Assembly (NCBI GenBank): GCA_046290225.1
Contig: JBKAGE010000047.1
Coordinates: 1-64,000 of the forward strand
DNA from: Bradymonadia bacterium
Lineage (GTDB): Bacteria; Myxococcota_A; Bradymonadia; UBA7976; UBA1532
Length of the DNA: 64,000 nt
Reading direction: 5' to 3'
Part shown: in pieces, positions 19,721 to 30,178 of the stretch
How the letters are laid out: the number at the start of each line of letters is the position of its first letter
Position numbering within the stretch: position 1 is the first letter of the stretch
The notes under the pieces: model-generated
What the model was told of the DNA's origin: nothing
The model's input: the letters and a program-made list of their open reading frames with translations, nothing else
Database searches by the model: none
Translations under genes and position numbers: made by a program

Positions 19721-21811
19721 CTACAACCTGGGTTTGCGGCGACGGCCACGACGACGGCCCACCAGATCAGGCTCGAAGGCGGGCAGCCCCAACGCCATCC
19801 CCCGGTCTTTCATGATCTGCACTTGTCGCGCCCGGGCATCCTGTACGTCCGAGCGCCCCTCGGGGTCATGATGCAGGTTGAACAGCTTCGCCTGAGTGGC
19901 GTGACGCGCCACCTCGAGCTTCCAGTTGTGCTCGATGAGCACTCCACGGGCTGGCTCTCGTCGGCGGTTGAGCAGCTCGGCGTACAGCCACCGGGGCTCG
20001 AGCCCCCGGCCGGCGAGGGCGGGCCACAACGAACGCCCCACGAGGCCCGGCAGCGCCTCGGGGTGGCCACTCAGCTCAAGCATCGTCGGCGTCAGATCAG
20101 CGATGGAGACGGGGGTGTTGATCGTCCGTGGCGGCAACGCCGGCAGGCAAATCATCAGGGGCACCCTCAAGTCATCCTCTTCGAGATCCGGGCGGTGGTG
20201 ACGATCGAAGCGAGCCCCTGAAGTGCCCGCGATGATCAAAGCTGCTCGATAGACATCCTCGCGCCCCCACAGAGTCGCCACGAGGGGGGCCAGCGCCTGA
20301 TCGACGGCGGCGATCTCTGCCTGGCCATCGCCTTGCTGAGAGCGCCTCAGATCAGTCAGGTGGGTCCAGGCGAACCAGGTGGGATCGTCGTCCCCCTGAC
20401 CCTGCGTGTTGATCCAGCGCGTCATGTTGGTGATGGCCTCTGTGGCTGAGGGCGCCACCTCCATTTCACCAACCGGGCGCGTCACGGGTTGCCATGTGTC
20501 GAAGCCCTGCTCCAGCCCCGAGACCCCCTGACGGAAATACCAATGGGCGGGGAAACCGCCTGTGCTCACGCCTCGGGCGGACAAGATCTCGGCGATGAAG
20601 TTGTTCTGAGGCTCGAAGTGCACAAACCGCCGACCATCGCCTTCAAGGGTGGACAGCCAACGCCCGGAGAGCGCCACGGGCACCCCTGCAAAGGGCGCAG
20701 GGCTCGTGGTGTATGCGTGAGAGAAGCGTACGCAGTGGGGCTTGAGGGCTTCGAACACGGCGGGGCCCTTGCCCTCGATGCCATATGCAGCGTCGACAGA
20801 GAGGGACTCGACGGTCACCAGGGCGATGCTGTGGGGCCAGTGCGGCGCCCCCTGCACCACGTTCGACAAGGGCTTCGGCGGCCCTGCCTGAGGCACGACC
20901 GGATCAGGCGCCGGCGGACCCATGACCACGGGCGCTGGCAAATCGACCCCATCGCAATCCTCATCGATGCCATTGCCGGGCATGTCCAGAGCGCCAGGGT
21001 GTGTGCTGGCGAGTTCATCGTTGCAGTCGACTCCACCAAAGGCTCCAGGGAACCCGTCCTCGTCTCCGTCGAAGCTGCTCCGAGCCCAACTGAGCACCAC
21101 AGGGCCAGCGCCTTCGCCCTTGGCGAGCACGAGACGATCCTCGAGGCTGCCGAGGGAGAGATGGGCGGTCAGCAATGCCACGAGGGGCCACACTGACACG
21201 CCCCACGCCCACCAGATACGCTGCGACGCAGGCCGCGCCATGACCCAGCGCTGCCAACGGGCCACGCAGCGCTCACCCATAGCCCACCAGGCCACGAGCC
21301 AGCCCACCACGGCGCCTTCCGGCCCCGGAGACAGCCCCCACGCCATACTCAGCCCGGCGAGGGCCCACCATCGACCAGGCCGCACCCAGCGGCGCCACCG
21401 CGCCGTAGAGGCCGTGGCCCCTCGAGCCAGGCGGCGAGCCAGGATCGGGCTGAACACCATTGCCGCAGCCATGCCGCCCAACATCATCAACCCGCGATGT
21501 GCCAGAGGATCGATCGTGTGCACCCACCACCCGAGCCCGACGCCCACACAGGCCATCAGACCTTGAGCAGCGCGGGCACACCGAGGCAAAAAATGAGCGG
21601 GGGCCCAGAAGCGGGTGATGCTCGGCGCGCACAAGCTCCGCCCGAGCATCGCGCCCACCAGCCCACCAGCCACGGCGAGGGCCAGGCTGATGCCCACCAC
21701 CGGCGTCTCTGCGATCCAGGCTTCCACTGCGCCGACGAGGGCACCGACGACACCACCGGCGAGGGCATGACCTGAAGGGGGCTTGAGGGCATTTCGGCTT
21801 CGGCGACTCAC
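19721..21811 (-). CDS. membrane-anchored sulfatase-like (LTA synthase-like) protein with MopE-type repeat
   Basis: N-terminal TMs; DGDEDGF..DCND..HPGA.D.PGNGIDEDCDG; degenerate sulfatase motifs (F.HAY, RVPL, D.TPT.LEL). Confidence 0.7.
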   Translation of the reverse strand: MSRRSRNALKPPSGHALAGGVVGALVGAVEAWIAETPVVGISLALAVAGGLVGAMLGRSLCAPSITRFWAPAHFLPRCARAAQGLMACVGVGLGWWVHTIDPLAHRGLMMLGGMAAAMVFSPILARRLARGATASTARWRRWVRPGRWWALAGLSMAWGLSPGPEGAVVGWLVAWWAMGERCVARWQRWVMARPASQRIWWAWGVSVWPLVALLTAHLSLGSLEDRLVLAKGEGAGPVVLSWARSSFDGDEDGFPGAFGGVDCNDELASTHPGALDMPGNGIDEDCDGVDLPAPVVMGPPAPDPVVPQAGPPKPLSNVVQGAPHWPHSIALVTVESLSVDAAYGIEGKGPAVFEALKPHCVRFSHAYTTSPAPFAGVPVALSGRWLSTLEGDGRRFVHFEPQNNFIAEILSARGVSTGGFPAHWYFRQGVSGLEQGFDTWQPVTRPVGEMEVAPSATEAITNMTRWINTQGQGDDDPTWFAWTHLTDLRRSQQGDGQAEIAAVDQALAPLVATLWGREDVYRAALIIAGTSGARFDRHHRPDLEEDDLRVPLMICLPALPPRTINTPVSIADLTPTMLELSGHPEALPGLVGRSLWPALAGRGLEPRWLYAELLNRRREPARGVLIEHNWKLEVARHATQAKLFNLHHDPEGRSDVQDARARQVQIMKDRGMALGLPAFEPDLVGRRRGRRRKPRL

Positions 21812-21921
21812 GGCGCCTCCCGATGAACAAACACATCACCTGGGGGCGTCTGGGCCCCCGGCATTGTGATCAGCAATGTGATAGAAACCCCGAGACACCC
21901 GACGCCGTGTGAGGCCTGACG

Positions 21922-22503
21922 ATGAACTTTGCTCTGCTGCGCGCCCCGAGCCGGGGGCTGCTCGCTTTCTCTCTCGCCCTGCTCACCCTCAGCCTCGGCC
22001 TGAGCCTGAACGCACCGGTGGCGCACGGGCGCAGCCCGGCCAAGGCCCTGAAGGGGCGGGTGATCCTGTCGACCACCCCTTTTCCCTTCAAGTTCAAATC
22101 GAACTCGGCGTTCATCAAGCACATGAAGAAGGTCGACACCAAAGCCTTCAACCTTGAAAAAGGTCGGCAGACCAACGTCGAGCTGATGGCATTCTTCGGC
22201 AAGGCCATCAAAGCCACCGAGGTCACGGCCACCATCTACGACATCACCGAGAAGCCCCAGGAGATGGTGGAGACGTTCCCCATCTACCTGCAGGGCAACA
22301 AGGCCGAGCAGATCGTGGCGAGCAACTTCGCCCTCGACCTCGACAGCTATAAGCTCGAGCGCCGCTACATGCTGGTGATCACGATGGGTTACCGGGGCAA
22401 GATGCTGGCAAAGACCACCTTCGCGGTGAAGGCGACCGCCGCCCAGCGCGCGGCGATGAAAGCGGAGCAGAAGGCCGCCCAGAAGGCCATGGACATGGAA
22501 TAA
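21922..22503 (+). CDS. hypothetical secreted protein
   Basis: Signal peptide; strong codon bias. Confidence 0.7.
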   Translation: MNFALLRAPSRGLLAFSLALLTLSLGLSLNAPVAHGRSPAKALKGRVILSTTPFPFKFKSNSAFIKHMKKVDTKAFNLEKGRQTNVELMAFFGKAIKATEVTATIYDITEKPQEMVETFPIYLQGNKAEQIVASNFALDLDSYKLERRYMLVITMGYRGKMLAKTTFAVKATAAQRAAMKAEQKAAQKAMDME

Positions 22504-22509
22504 GGTGCG

Positions 22510-24240
22510 CTAACGCACGCACCTGAAGCCCACCTCGGGCAAGCTGCTGCGGGGGTTCATCAGCAACGGGAAGTTCCGCCACGTGAGGGTGCTGAACGCC
22601 GCCGCTGATCCGTAGCTGCCCCCCCGCACGGGGATGAAGTCCTCGATCCCACCCTCCAGAGCAGGCGGATCCCGCTCCGGCACACGGCTGTAGTACTGGG
22701 GGTCGTACACGCCCGCCACCAGCTCGTGCACGTTCCCGCCGAAGTCGAAGCCGCCGTTGTCGTTCACGTCACCTGCCGTCGACATCACCTGCAGGGGGCC
22801 GTCATTGCAGTTGTTCACGTTGGCGCGAGCGCAATCTGGAAGCGCGTTGCCCCAGGGGTAGCGAATGCGGGCCGTGCCGTTGCTGCCTCGGGCCGCCCGC
22901 TCCCACTGGGCCTCAGTGGGCAAGCTGCCTCCAGCCCAGTTGCAGTATGTCGACGCCTGGATCTGGTTCACGAAGACCACTGGGTGATTCACGAAGGCCG
23001 GATCCTCGTATCGCAGGCTCGAGGAGAGGTTGGGGTTGCGGTAGGGCGGCCGGCAACGGTTCGCCGCCACACAGGCCGCGTACTGACCATTGGTCACCTC
23101 GTGCACCTCGATGGAGAACGCGCTCAGAGTGATCTCGCGCTGAGGCACCTCGTCGCAGTTCTCGTCGTTGTCAGGGTTCTGAGCGCACGAGGCCTGATCA
23201 GCATCCTCGCTGCCCAGCAAGCTCGGCCCTTCAGGGATGGAGATGAGTTCCGTGCGCAGATCGCTGGGGCAGCCGTCATCGACAAAACCATTGCAGTCAT
23301 TGTCGACGCCGTCACAGGCCTCGTCAGCCCCAGGGAAGGTGCCCGGATCGCTGTCGTTGCAGTCACCGGCCCCACCGGCTACTCCGTCACCGTCGTTATC
23401 GGCGTCGCCGTCACAGGCGTCGCCCACCCCGTCGCCATCAGAGTCGGCCTGATCGGGATTCACGCTGCCGCCACAGTTGTCGCAGGCGTTGCCCACCCCG
23501 TCGAAGTCCAGGTCGGCCTGTCGCGGATCAGGATCGTTCGGGCAGATGTCGTCGGCGTCGGCGATGCCGTCACCATCAGCGTCATCTGTGGGGCATTCGG
23601 CGTCAGCACCGCTGCAATCGTCGTCACGGCCGTTGTCGCAGGTCTCGACGTTCCCAGGGAAGATGCGGGCGTTGGCGTCATCGCAGTCGCCCTGAGCCAC
23701 ACTCACCCCGTCGCCGTCCATGTCGACCTCGTCACAGCGCAGGTCACGGCCATCGCAGTCCTGATCGATCCCGTCGTCGCACGTCTCCAGACGCCCGGGG
23801 GTGATCAAGATGTCGTCGTCGTCGCAGTCACCTTCCTGCTCGCTGAAGCCGTCCCGATCCCGGTCCACGTTCTCGCAGCTCAGATCCTCGCCGTCACAGT
23901 CTTGATCGATCCCATCGCCGCAGATCTCGGTGCCGCCGGGGAACACGCGGGGGTTCGCGTCGTCGCAGTCCCCTGCAGAGACCGAGACGCCATCGCCGTC
24001 GCCGTCTTCCTCACCGCACACCAGATCAGAGCCGTTGCAGTCCTGATCGATCCCGTCGCCACAGATCTCGTCTGCGAGCGGGTTGATGGTGGGATCACCG
24101 TCGTTGCAGTCACCGAGCTCTGTCGAATACCCGTCGCCGTCCGCATCTCCGTTGGGATCGGCGGCCTCGTCGCCTCGATCGACGCACGCCCCGAGCAGCC
24201 CGACGCAGAGGAGTCCCACACACAGTGTGCTCGGCCTCAG
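22510..24240 (-). CDS. lipoprotein with MopE-type and thrombospondin-3-like repeats plus FGE-sulfatase (SUMF1/EgtB) domain
   Basis: Lipobox LLGAC; repeated DGDG..GDC.D....PG..E.C.DG.D.DC; EVTN.QY, LPTEAQWERAARG, GNVHE, RGGS, GFRC; start approximate. Confidence 0.85.
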   Translation of the reverse strand: MRPSTLCVGLLCVGLLGACVDRGDEAADPNGDADGDGYSTELGDCNDGDPTINPLADEICGDGIDQDCNGSDLVCGEEDGDGDGVSVSAGDCDDANPRVFPGGTEICGDGIDQDCDGEDLSCENVDRDRDGFSEQEGDCDDDDILITPGRLETCDDGIDQDCDGRDLRCDEVDMDGDGVSVAQGDCDDANARIFPGNVETCDNGRDDDCSGADAECPTDDADGDGIADADDICPNDPDPRQADLDFDGVGNACDNCGGSVNPDQADSDGDGVGDACDGDADNDGDGVAGGAGDCNDSDPGTFPGADEACDGVDNDCNGFVDDGCPSDLRTELISIPEGPSLLGSEDADQASCAQNPDNDENCDEVPQREITLSAFSIEVHEVTNGQYAACVAANRCRPPYRNPNLSSSLRYEDPAFVNHPVVFVNQIQASTYCNWAGGSLPTEAQWERAARGSNGTARIRYPWGNALPDCARANVNNCNDGPLQVMSTAGDVNDNGGFDFGGNVHELVAGVYDPQYYSRVPERDPPALEGGIEDFIPVRGGSYGSAAAFSTLTWRNFPLLMNPRSSLPEVGFRCVR

Positions 24241-24247
24241 AACGGCC

Positions 24248-24457
24248 TCACTCCATGAGAACGTCGACGATCTTGTCCAGCTTCTTCTTGGCCACACTTT
24301 TGAACTCCCGACCGAACTCTTTGTAGAAGTCCTCAGCGAACCCCTTGGGGTCATCTTTGAACTTCTCAGCCAGCTCGTGATTGCGAAACTCGATGCCGGT
24401 GAAGAACCCGCCCCCAAACCCCAGGGCCACCAACAACAACAAAGACAGAATGCGCAT
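24248..24457 (-). CDS. small membrane-anchored hypothetical protein (69 aa)
   Basis: MRILSLLLLVALGFGGGFF N-terminal anchor followed by a charged helix. Confidence 0.6.
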   Translation of the reverse strand: MRILSLLLLVALGFGGGFFTGIEFRNHELAEKFKDDPKGFAEDFYKEFGREFKSVAKKKLDKIVDVLME

Positions 24458-24517
24458 CGAATGCAGCTCCACGGGCCCCCCAGGGCCCCTCTCCTGCATG
24501 ATCTGCGCAGGGCAGGC

Positions 24518-25420
24518 CTACACCAGCCCCGACCAGATCAACAGAGTCCCCTGTAACAGAAAGGGCAGGGCGAGGGCGAACAACGCCCGGCCGAAGACGG
24601 CGTTGTGGGCCAGGCGCAACCCGCCCACCAGCAAAATGACGTCCAGGAAGGCCCCGATGAGGTGACCCACCAGGGGGATCACCAACAACAGGTGGGTGAC
24701 CCGACCATAGGCGAAGACCCTGAAGGTGGCCTCTGCAGATCTGCGCGGGCCCCCGTAAAGCCCCAGGCCCAGATGCGTCAGCGCGGCGGCGATGCCCATC
24801 TCCAGCAGGGCGGCGACGGGCACCAGGGGCAAGAGCAAGAGGGGGCTTCGGGTCTCGGTGAAGCCCGTGAGGTGGTCGAGCAACACCAGCGTGGGGCTGG
24901 CCCACACCGCCTGACCCGCGAGGCTGGCCCGGAAGGTGAGCGCCAACTCGCCGATGAGGGTGCACACCAGAGCGAAGATGAGCGGGGTGCGCCAGTCCCC
25001 CTTCGACCAGGGCACCCCTTGCATGAACTGAAACGGCGCAGTCACGGCGCTCACGCAGGTGGCCCACAGGGCACTGACCGCGCTGGGGAACCGGCCTGAG
25101 GCCTCCCAGGGGATCAGATCTTCTGCAGATGGCTCGGGTGGCCACGCAACATCTGCCGCGGCAGGCGCTTTGGGCACCCCATCACGCGTGTCGAGCTCGA
25201 TCCCCGTGGCGAGACCTTCCATCACCGGGCAGGGCAGGCCTTCGGCGGTGAAGGTACACACGGCGAGGCCGTCGGCGTCCACGCGACGCATCTCGGCGCA
25301 AATGGGCTTGAGACATCGAGTACAGATCGCCTCTGCAGGTCGATCCGGGTGCAAGGTGCACCGACGAGGCCCGCCTTCGGACGAGGGGGCCCCTGAGGGA
25401 TCCTCAGGTGAGGTCGTCAC
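24518..25420 (-). CDS. B-box-like zinc finger + YIP1-like membrane protein
   Basis: C.LHP....ICTRC.KPIC; IPWE; multiple TMs; overlaps the ffh stop. Confidence 0.7.
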   Translation of the reverse strand: MTTSPEDPSGAPSSEGGPRRCTLHPDRPAEAICTRCLKPICAEMRRVDADGLAVCTFTAEGLPCPVMEGLATGIELDTRDGVPKAPAAADVAWPPEPSAEDLIPWEASGRFPSAVSALWATCVSAVTAPFQFMQGVPWSKGDWRTPLIFALVCTLIGELALTFRASLAGQAVWASPTLVLLDHLTGFTETRSPLLLLPLVPVAALLEMGIAAALTHLGLGLYGGPRRSAEATFRVFAYGRVTHLLLVIPLVGHLIGAFLDVILLVGGLRLAHNAVFGRALFALALPFLLQGTLLIWSGLV

Positions 25421-27081
25421 TTCTTGCGCTGCTTCTTTCGAGCGGCGCGGGCCTTCTTGTTCTTCTTGCGCGCAGTGGCCTTGGCCTTGCGCTGGGTCTC
25501 ACCGGTCTTCCGGGCCCCGCCGGGGGTGCCCGGGGGCAGGTAGCCCTTGGGCAGACCAGGCAGCATGTCGTGGATGTCGGCGCCAGCAGGCAGGCTGCCG
25601 CCGGGCATCATCCCAGGCATCATCCCAGGCATCATGCCGCCACCGGCGCCGCCGGGACCGGGGACCCCGAACTGGCCGAAGACGTTGCCCATGTCCATGC
25701 CCTTGAGCTGCTGCATCTGGGCGAACTGCTTGAAGCCCGGCAGCTTGTAGAGCAGGTTGCCGCCGCCCGGGGAGCCGATGGCCCCCATGATCTTGCGCAT
25801 GGCCTTGAAGCGGCCGATGAGCTCGGTGACCTCTTGGGTCTCGGTGCCCGAGCCCTTGGCGATGCGATTGGCGCGACCCTTCTGGCGCTCGATGAGCTCG
25901 GGCTTGCTGCGCTCCTGCTTGGTCATGGACTGGATGATGGCCTCGATGCGCACGAGGGCCTTGTCGTCCATCTGGGCGCCCTCAGGCAGCCCGTCGGAGA
26001 AGAAGGGCAGCTTCTCCATGAGATCGCCGAGAGAGCCCATCTTCTTGATGGTGCGGATCTGCTCCAGGAAGTCCCACATGTCGAACTTGCCGGAGAGCAG
26101 CTTCTTGGCGTCTGCCTCGGCCTGCTCCTGGTCGATGACCTCTTCGAAGTCTTTGACCAGGCCCACGACGTCGCCGAGGCCCATGATGCGGCTGGCGAGG
26201 CCCTGAGGCCGGAACTCTTCGAGGGCGTCGAGGCCCTCGCCCATACCGAGGAACTTGATGGGCTTGCCGGTGACCGACTTGATCGACAGCGCCGCACCAC
26301 CGCGGGCGTCACCGTCGAACTTGGTCATGATGAAGCCGCTGATGCCGATGCGCTCGTCGAAGGTCTTCGCGGTGCGCACGGCGTCTTGGCCGATCATGGA
26401 GTCGACGACGAGCAAGGTGTTGTCCGGCTTGGTCCGGCCCTTGATGTCGTTGAGCTCGGCCATCAAGGCTTCGTCGATGGCGAGGCGGCCGGCGGTGTCG
26501 AAGATGACCACGTCGCGACCGCGGCTCTTGGCGATCTCCAGCGCGTCGGCGCAGATCTTCGGCGGGGTCTGGCCCTCTTCGTGATAGACGGGCACGTCGA
26601 GGCGCTGGCCGAGGACCTTGAGCTGGTCGACGGCGGCGGGGCGGTAGATGTCGGCGGCGACCAGCATGGGACGCCGGCCCTCGCCGATGAGGAACTTCGC
26701 CAGCTTGCCGGTGGTGGTGGTCTTACCAGCACCCTGCAGACCCACCATCATGATGGTGGTGATGCCCGCGCTGTAGTTCAGGCTGGTGTCGACGGGCCCC
26801 ATGAGCCCTTCGAGCTCGTCGAGGCAGATCTTGACGAAGCGGTCGCCGGCGGTGACCGAGCGATCCATGCCCTCGCGCTGACCGACATCGACCACCTGGC
26901 CGAGGCTCTTCTCCTTCACCCGCTGGATGAAGCCCCGGACGACCTTGAAGTCGACGTCGGCCTCAAGCAGCGAGACGCGCACCTCGCGCAGCGCCTCGTC
27001 GATGTTTTCCTCGGTGAGTTCCCGCTTGCCCTGGAAGCGGTGGCGCAGTGAGCGGAAGCCTTTGCTGACGGTCTCGAGCAT
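25417..27081 (-). CDS. ffh: signal recognition particle protein Ffh
   Basis: LLEADV, GLQGAGKTTT, DTAGR, TKFDGDARGG, Met-rich M domain. Confidence 0.97.
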   Translation of the reverse strand: MLETVSKGFRSLRHRFQGKRELTEENIDEALREVRVSLLEADVDFKVVRGFIQRVKEKSLGQVVDVGQREGMDRSVTAGDRFVKICLDELEGLMGPVDTSLNYSAGITTIMMVGLQGAGKTTTTGKLAKFLIGEGRRPMLVAADIYRPAAVDQLKVLGQRLDVPVYHEEGQTPPKICADALEIAKSRGRDVVIFDTAGRLAIDEALMAELNDIKGRTKPDNTLLVVDSMIGQDAVRTAKTFDERIGISGFIMTKFDGDARGGAALSIKSVTGKPIKFLGMGEGLDALEEFRPQGLASRIMGLGDVVGLVKDFEEVIDQEQAEADAKKLLSGKFDMWDFLEQIRTIKKMGSLGDLMEKLPFFSDGLPEGAQMDDKALVRIEAIIQSMTKQERSKPELIERQKGRANRIAKGSGTETQEVTELIGRFKAMRKIMGAIGSPGGGNLLYKLPGFKQFAQMQQLKGMDMGNVFGQFGVPGPGGAGGGMMPGMMPGMMPGGSLPAGADIHDMLPGLPKGYLPPGTPGGARKTGETQRKAKATARKKNKKARAARKKQRKK

Positions 27082-27289
27082 GGTGTCTTCGTTATCGCTG
27101 TATGGGGGGTGAAGGGGGCCGCTGTCGATGTGCTCGCAGAGGCCACGCCTGGGGCCCCAGGCTGGTCAAAACAGTCGTCGCCCAAGTGATTTGAGGCGGC
27201 TCAAATCATGGGCAAAATCCGTTGGACTCTAGGGATCGCACAGGGCATTGTCAATCGGTTGAACGGCCAGCTCAGCAGGAGGGCAGACA

Positions 27290-28894
27290 TTGAGCGAACC
27301 GCAAAAGAGCGCTCGACCAGAGGCTCGCAGCCTCACGGTCGAGGCCATGCTTCGCGAGATTCAGAGTGGTCGCTTCCGAGTGCCTCACTTCCAGCGGGCC
27401 TTCAAGTGGAAGTCCACCCATATATGCAACCTCTTTGACAGCCTCTATCAGGGGTATCCGATCGGCAGCCTCCTCGTCTCGGAAGACACAGGCGCTGCTG
27501 AAGTGCGCGCCTTTGGCCCTGTCACAGTGGAGAGCTCTGAGCGGCACGATGCCTGGTTCATCGTCGATGGTCAGCAAAGAGTCGTCTCCATCGCGGGCGC
27601 GCTGCTGCATCCGGACGATCACCCTCGAGGTGACGTACACGCGATCTGGTTCGACCTCGAAACAGAGACCTTTCACCGCCTGAGCAGGCGCGAACCCCCG
27701 CCCACTTGGGTACCACTCAACGCAGCCCGAAGCTTCGAGAGCATGCTCAGGTGGCTCACCAGTTGGCCGCTCAAAAGCACACGACCTGAGCTGGTCTCGA
27801 AAGCTCAAACCCTCGTCAGCCGACTCTTGGGCTACACGATCCCGATCTATGTGTTGCGCAACGCTGACCGGCAGACTTTGGTCAGGGTGTTCGAGCGCAT
27901 CAACACGTTTGGTGTGGCCATGCGGCGCGATGAGGTCTTCGATGCGCTCAACAGCAGAGGTCAAATACGCCCCATCGAAGACATGGGGCGCAGGCTTGAG
28001 CGAGAGGGTTTCGGGGCCATCAACCCAGGCTGGCTCGAGCAAATCGCTCAGGCGGTCATCCGTGCCGAGCCCACGGCGGCGTCTGATCATGGGCGCGCAG
28101 TGGCGCTCGCCGAGCCCGCCATCAGACGTACGCTGACCTTTCTCAGGGAGGACGCGTGCATTCCTCACGTCAAGCTCTTGCCCCACAAGTTGCCTTTCAT
28201 TGTGCTGCCTGGCTTCTTCCTCAAGCACCCACACCCCACACCACGTGTCCGCACACTGCTGACGTGGTGGCTCTGGCGGGGCACCTTGAGCGACGCACAC
28301 AGTCGCCCCAACAACACCGAACTCAGGCGCCTGTGGGACGCAATCGACGAAGATCAGGCGGCGTCTGCCCAGCGTATATTCGAAAGCACTCAACAGAGCT
28401 GGACTGAGGTATCGCTCACCCCACAGCTTGAGAGCCCTTGGAATGCAGGGCACGCCACGAGCAAGCACATCGCCGCAGCCATCGTCGCCGCCAGCCCCCT
28501 CCATCCCTCGACAGGCGCGCCCATCTGGCCCGATGAGGAGGCTTTGGGTGATCCCAGCAAGCTATTTCTGTCGCCCTTTGGGCGAGGCGGCCCCATCAGC
28601 AGCCGCTTTTTGTTGACTGATCCAGAGGGACTTCCACTCACAGCCGGGCAACAACAAGCAGCCTTCGAGACGCTGTATGAGGCATCAGCTTCCATCAAGG
28701 CGAGTCACGGCCTCGATGAGGCGTTCGTACGCGCCATCAGGGCAGGCGACGACTCGACAGCAACGCAAATACGCCACCAAAACCTCGCCCCGATGTTACG
28801 CACTCAGTTCGAATGGCTGACTGGCTTCGGGCGAAGCACACGGCCGGCGGTCAACTCCATCATCGAGCGCGCCCACAAGGTGATGGCTTCGTGA
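27290..28894 (+). CDS. DUF262 (GmrS/ParB-like) domain protein
   Basis: VPHFQRAFKW, LFDSL..GYPIGSLL, IVDGQQR, FERINT.G; AGGAGG RBS before TTG. Confidence 0.85.
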   Translation: MSEPQKSARPEARSLTVEAMLREIQSGRFRVPHFQRAFKWKSTHICNLFDSLYQGYPIGSLLVSEDTGAAEVRAFGPVTVESSERHDAWFIVDGQQRVVSIAGALLHPDDHPRGDVHAIWFDLETETFHRLSRREPPPTWVPLNAARSFESMLRWLTSWPLKSTRPELVSKAQTLVSRLLGYTIPIYVLRNADRQTLVRVFERINTFGVAMRRDEVFDALNSRGQIRPIEDMGRRLEREGFGAINPGWLEQIAQAVIRAEPTAASDHGRAVALAEPAIRRTLTFLREDACIPHVKLLPHKLPFIVLPGFFLKHPHPTPRVRTLLTWWLWRGTLSDAHSRPNNTELRRLWDAIDEDQAASAQRIFESTQQSWTEVSLTPQLESPWNAGHATSKHIAAAIVAASPLHPSTGAPIWPDEEALGDPSKLFLSPFGRGGPISSRFLLTDPEGLPLTAGQQQAAFETLYEASASIKASHGLDEAFVRAIRAGDDSTATQIRHQNLAPMLRTQFEWLTGFGRSTRPAVNSIIERAHKVMAS

Positions 28895-30087
28895 CCGAAG
28901 CACGCGCCGTCACAGTCCGTCTATATGGTTCGCCTGTCGGTCATCTGGAGGCCCTGGGTGATGCCGCCGAGACATACAGGTTCGAGTTCGCCCCAGAGTG
29001 GCTCTCTCGACCTGACCGCCCAGTCTTGGGTCAGCAATTCGAAGACCGCCAGCCTGGCCCTCTGATTTTTACCAATGGTGGCCTGCCGCTCTGGTTTAGG
29101 GGGCTCCTGCCCCAAGGGCGGCTGTTGCGTATGCTCAGCCGGCGCTGGGGGCTCGACCCTGACGATCACCTCGATTTGCTCATCGCCCTGGGCGCAGATC
29201 TGCCAGGTGCAGTGACCATCAACCAAACCTCTCGGCGACACAGCGCCACTGACATCAGCCCCGCTCCGACCTCCCACCCTGCCGACGCGACAGACCTTCA
29301 ACTCTCGTTCAGCCTCACGGGCGCGCAGTGGAAGCTCTCGGTCAAACCCGGAGAGCGAGGCCTCATCGTGCCTGTACGCGGTGAGTCTGGAGACTGGATC
29401 GCGAAGCTGCACGACCCAGAATATCCGGGCCTACCCCATGTGGAGTTCAACACGGCATGTTGGGCACGCGCCGCTGGCGTACACACCCCAATGTTCAGGA
29501 TGGGGCACGTGGATGAGTTTGCCCACCCTCTCCCAGTGGAGATCCCCACTGGGGATGGGCACCTTTTTTTGAGTCGTCGCTTCGACCGCAACCCGGTCTG
29601 TCATATGGAAGATTTCGCTCAGATCCTCGATCGCCCAGATCAGCAACGAGGCATCAGCGAGGACGTCGCGGCGATCCTTGCGTTGATTTGCCCCGAAGAT
29701 CTGCGCGCATTTGTCGAACGCCTCGTGTTCTGTGTGCTGAGCGGCAACGGAGACGCACACCTCAAGAACTGGTCTCTTACCTACCCGGATCGCCTCAACG
29801 GACGCCTCAGCCCAGCGTATGATCTGGTCTCTACGGTGCTTTTCTTACCCAATGACAACCTCACCTTACCCATCGGGGGGCACCGGGCGTTTGACCACAT
29901 TGATCATCACGCCTTTGAGCCGCTCGCCCGGGTCACCCGACATGACTTTGCCGAGATCGGTCAGTGGGTGCGCGAAGCCGCCCAACGGGTGAGAGCGGCA
30001 TGGCTCGCCGAGGGTGGCTTTGACTTTACCGCGTCTCAAAAGAAGTCTCTTGAGGCCCACATGGCCCGTGTCCCGTTGGTTGGTTGA
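28891..30087 (+). CDS. hipA: HipA-family Ser/Thr kinase toxin (Couple_hipA N domain + HipA_C)
   Basis: GLLPQG, DLPGAV, SLTGAQWK, WIAK, RRFDR, HMEDFAQ, GNGDAHLKNWS, LSPAYDLV; GTG start overlaps the DUF262 stop. Confidence 0.9.
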   Translation: MTEARAVTVRLYGSPVGHLEALGDAAETYRFEFAPEWLSRPDRPVLGQQFEDRQPGPLIFTNGGLPLWFRGLLPQGRLLRMLSRRWGLDPDDHLDLLIALGADLPGAVTINQTSRRHSATDISPAPTSHPADATDLQLSFSLTGAQWKLSVKPGERGLIVPVRGESGDWIAKLHDPEYPGLPHVEFNTACWARAAGVHTPMFRMGHVDEFAHPLPVEIPTGDGHLFLSRRFDRNPVCHMEDFAQILDRPDQQRGISEDVAAILALICPEDLRAFVERLVFCVLSGNGDAHLKNWSLTYPDRLNGRLSPAYDLVSTVLFLPNDNLTLPIGGHRAFDHIDHHAFEPLARVTRHDFAEIGQWVREAAQRVRAAWLAEGGFDFTASQKKSLEAHMARVPLVG

Positions 30088-30178
30088 GGGCGCAGCTCGA
30101 TTTTTTCAACTGGCTGAGGACGAGACAGCGGGGTGCAGCTCAATGGCAAGCACAAAGACTTCAAGGGGTTTTTACCGT

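Noticed and set aside
22510..24240. Regularly spaced repeats that might be a CRISPR array
   Set aside because: They are degenerate in-frame protein repeats (MopE/TSP3), not identical repeats with spacers; no cas genes
25600..25640. 12-nt tandem repeats in ffh (GMMP x3)
   Set aside because: Low-complexity tail of the M domain; in frame, no sign of phase variation
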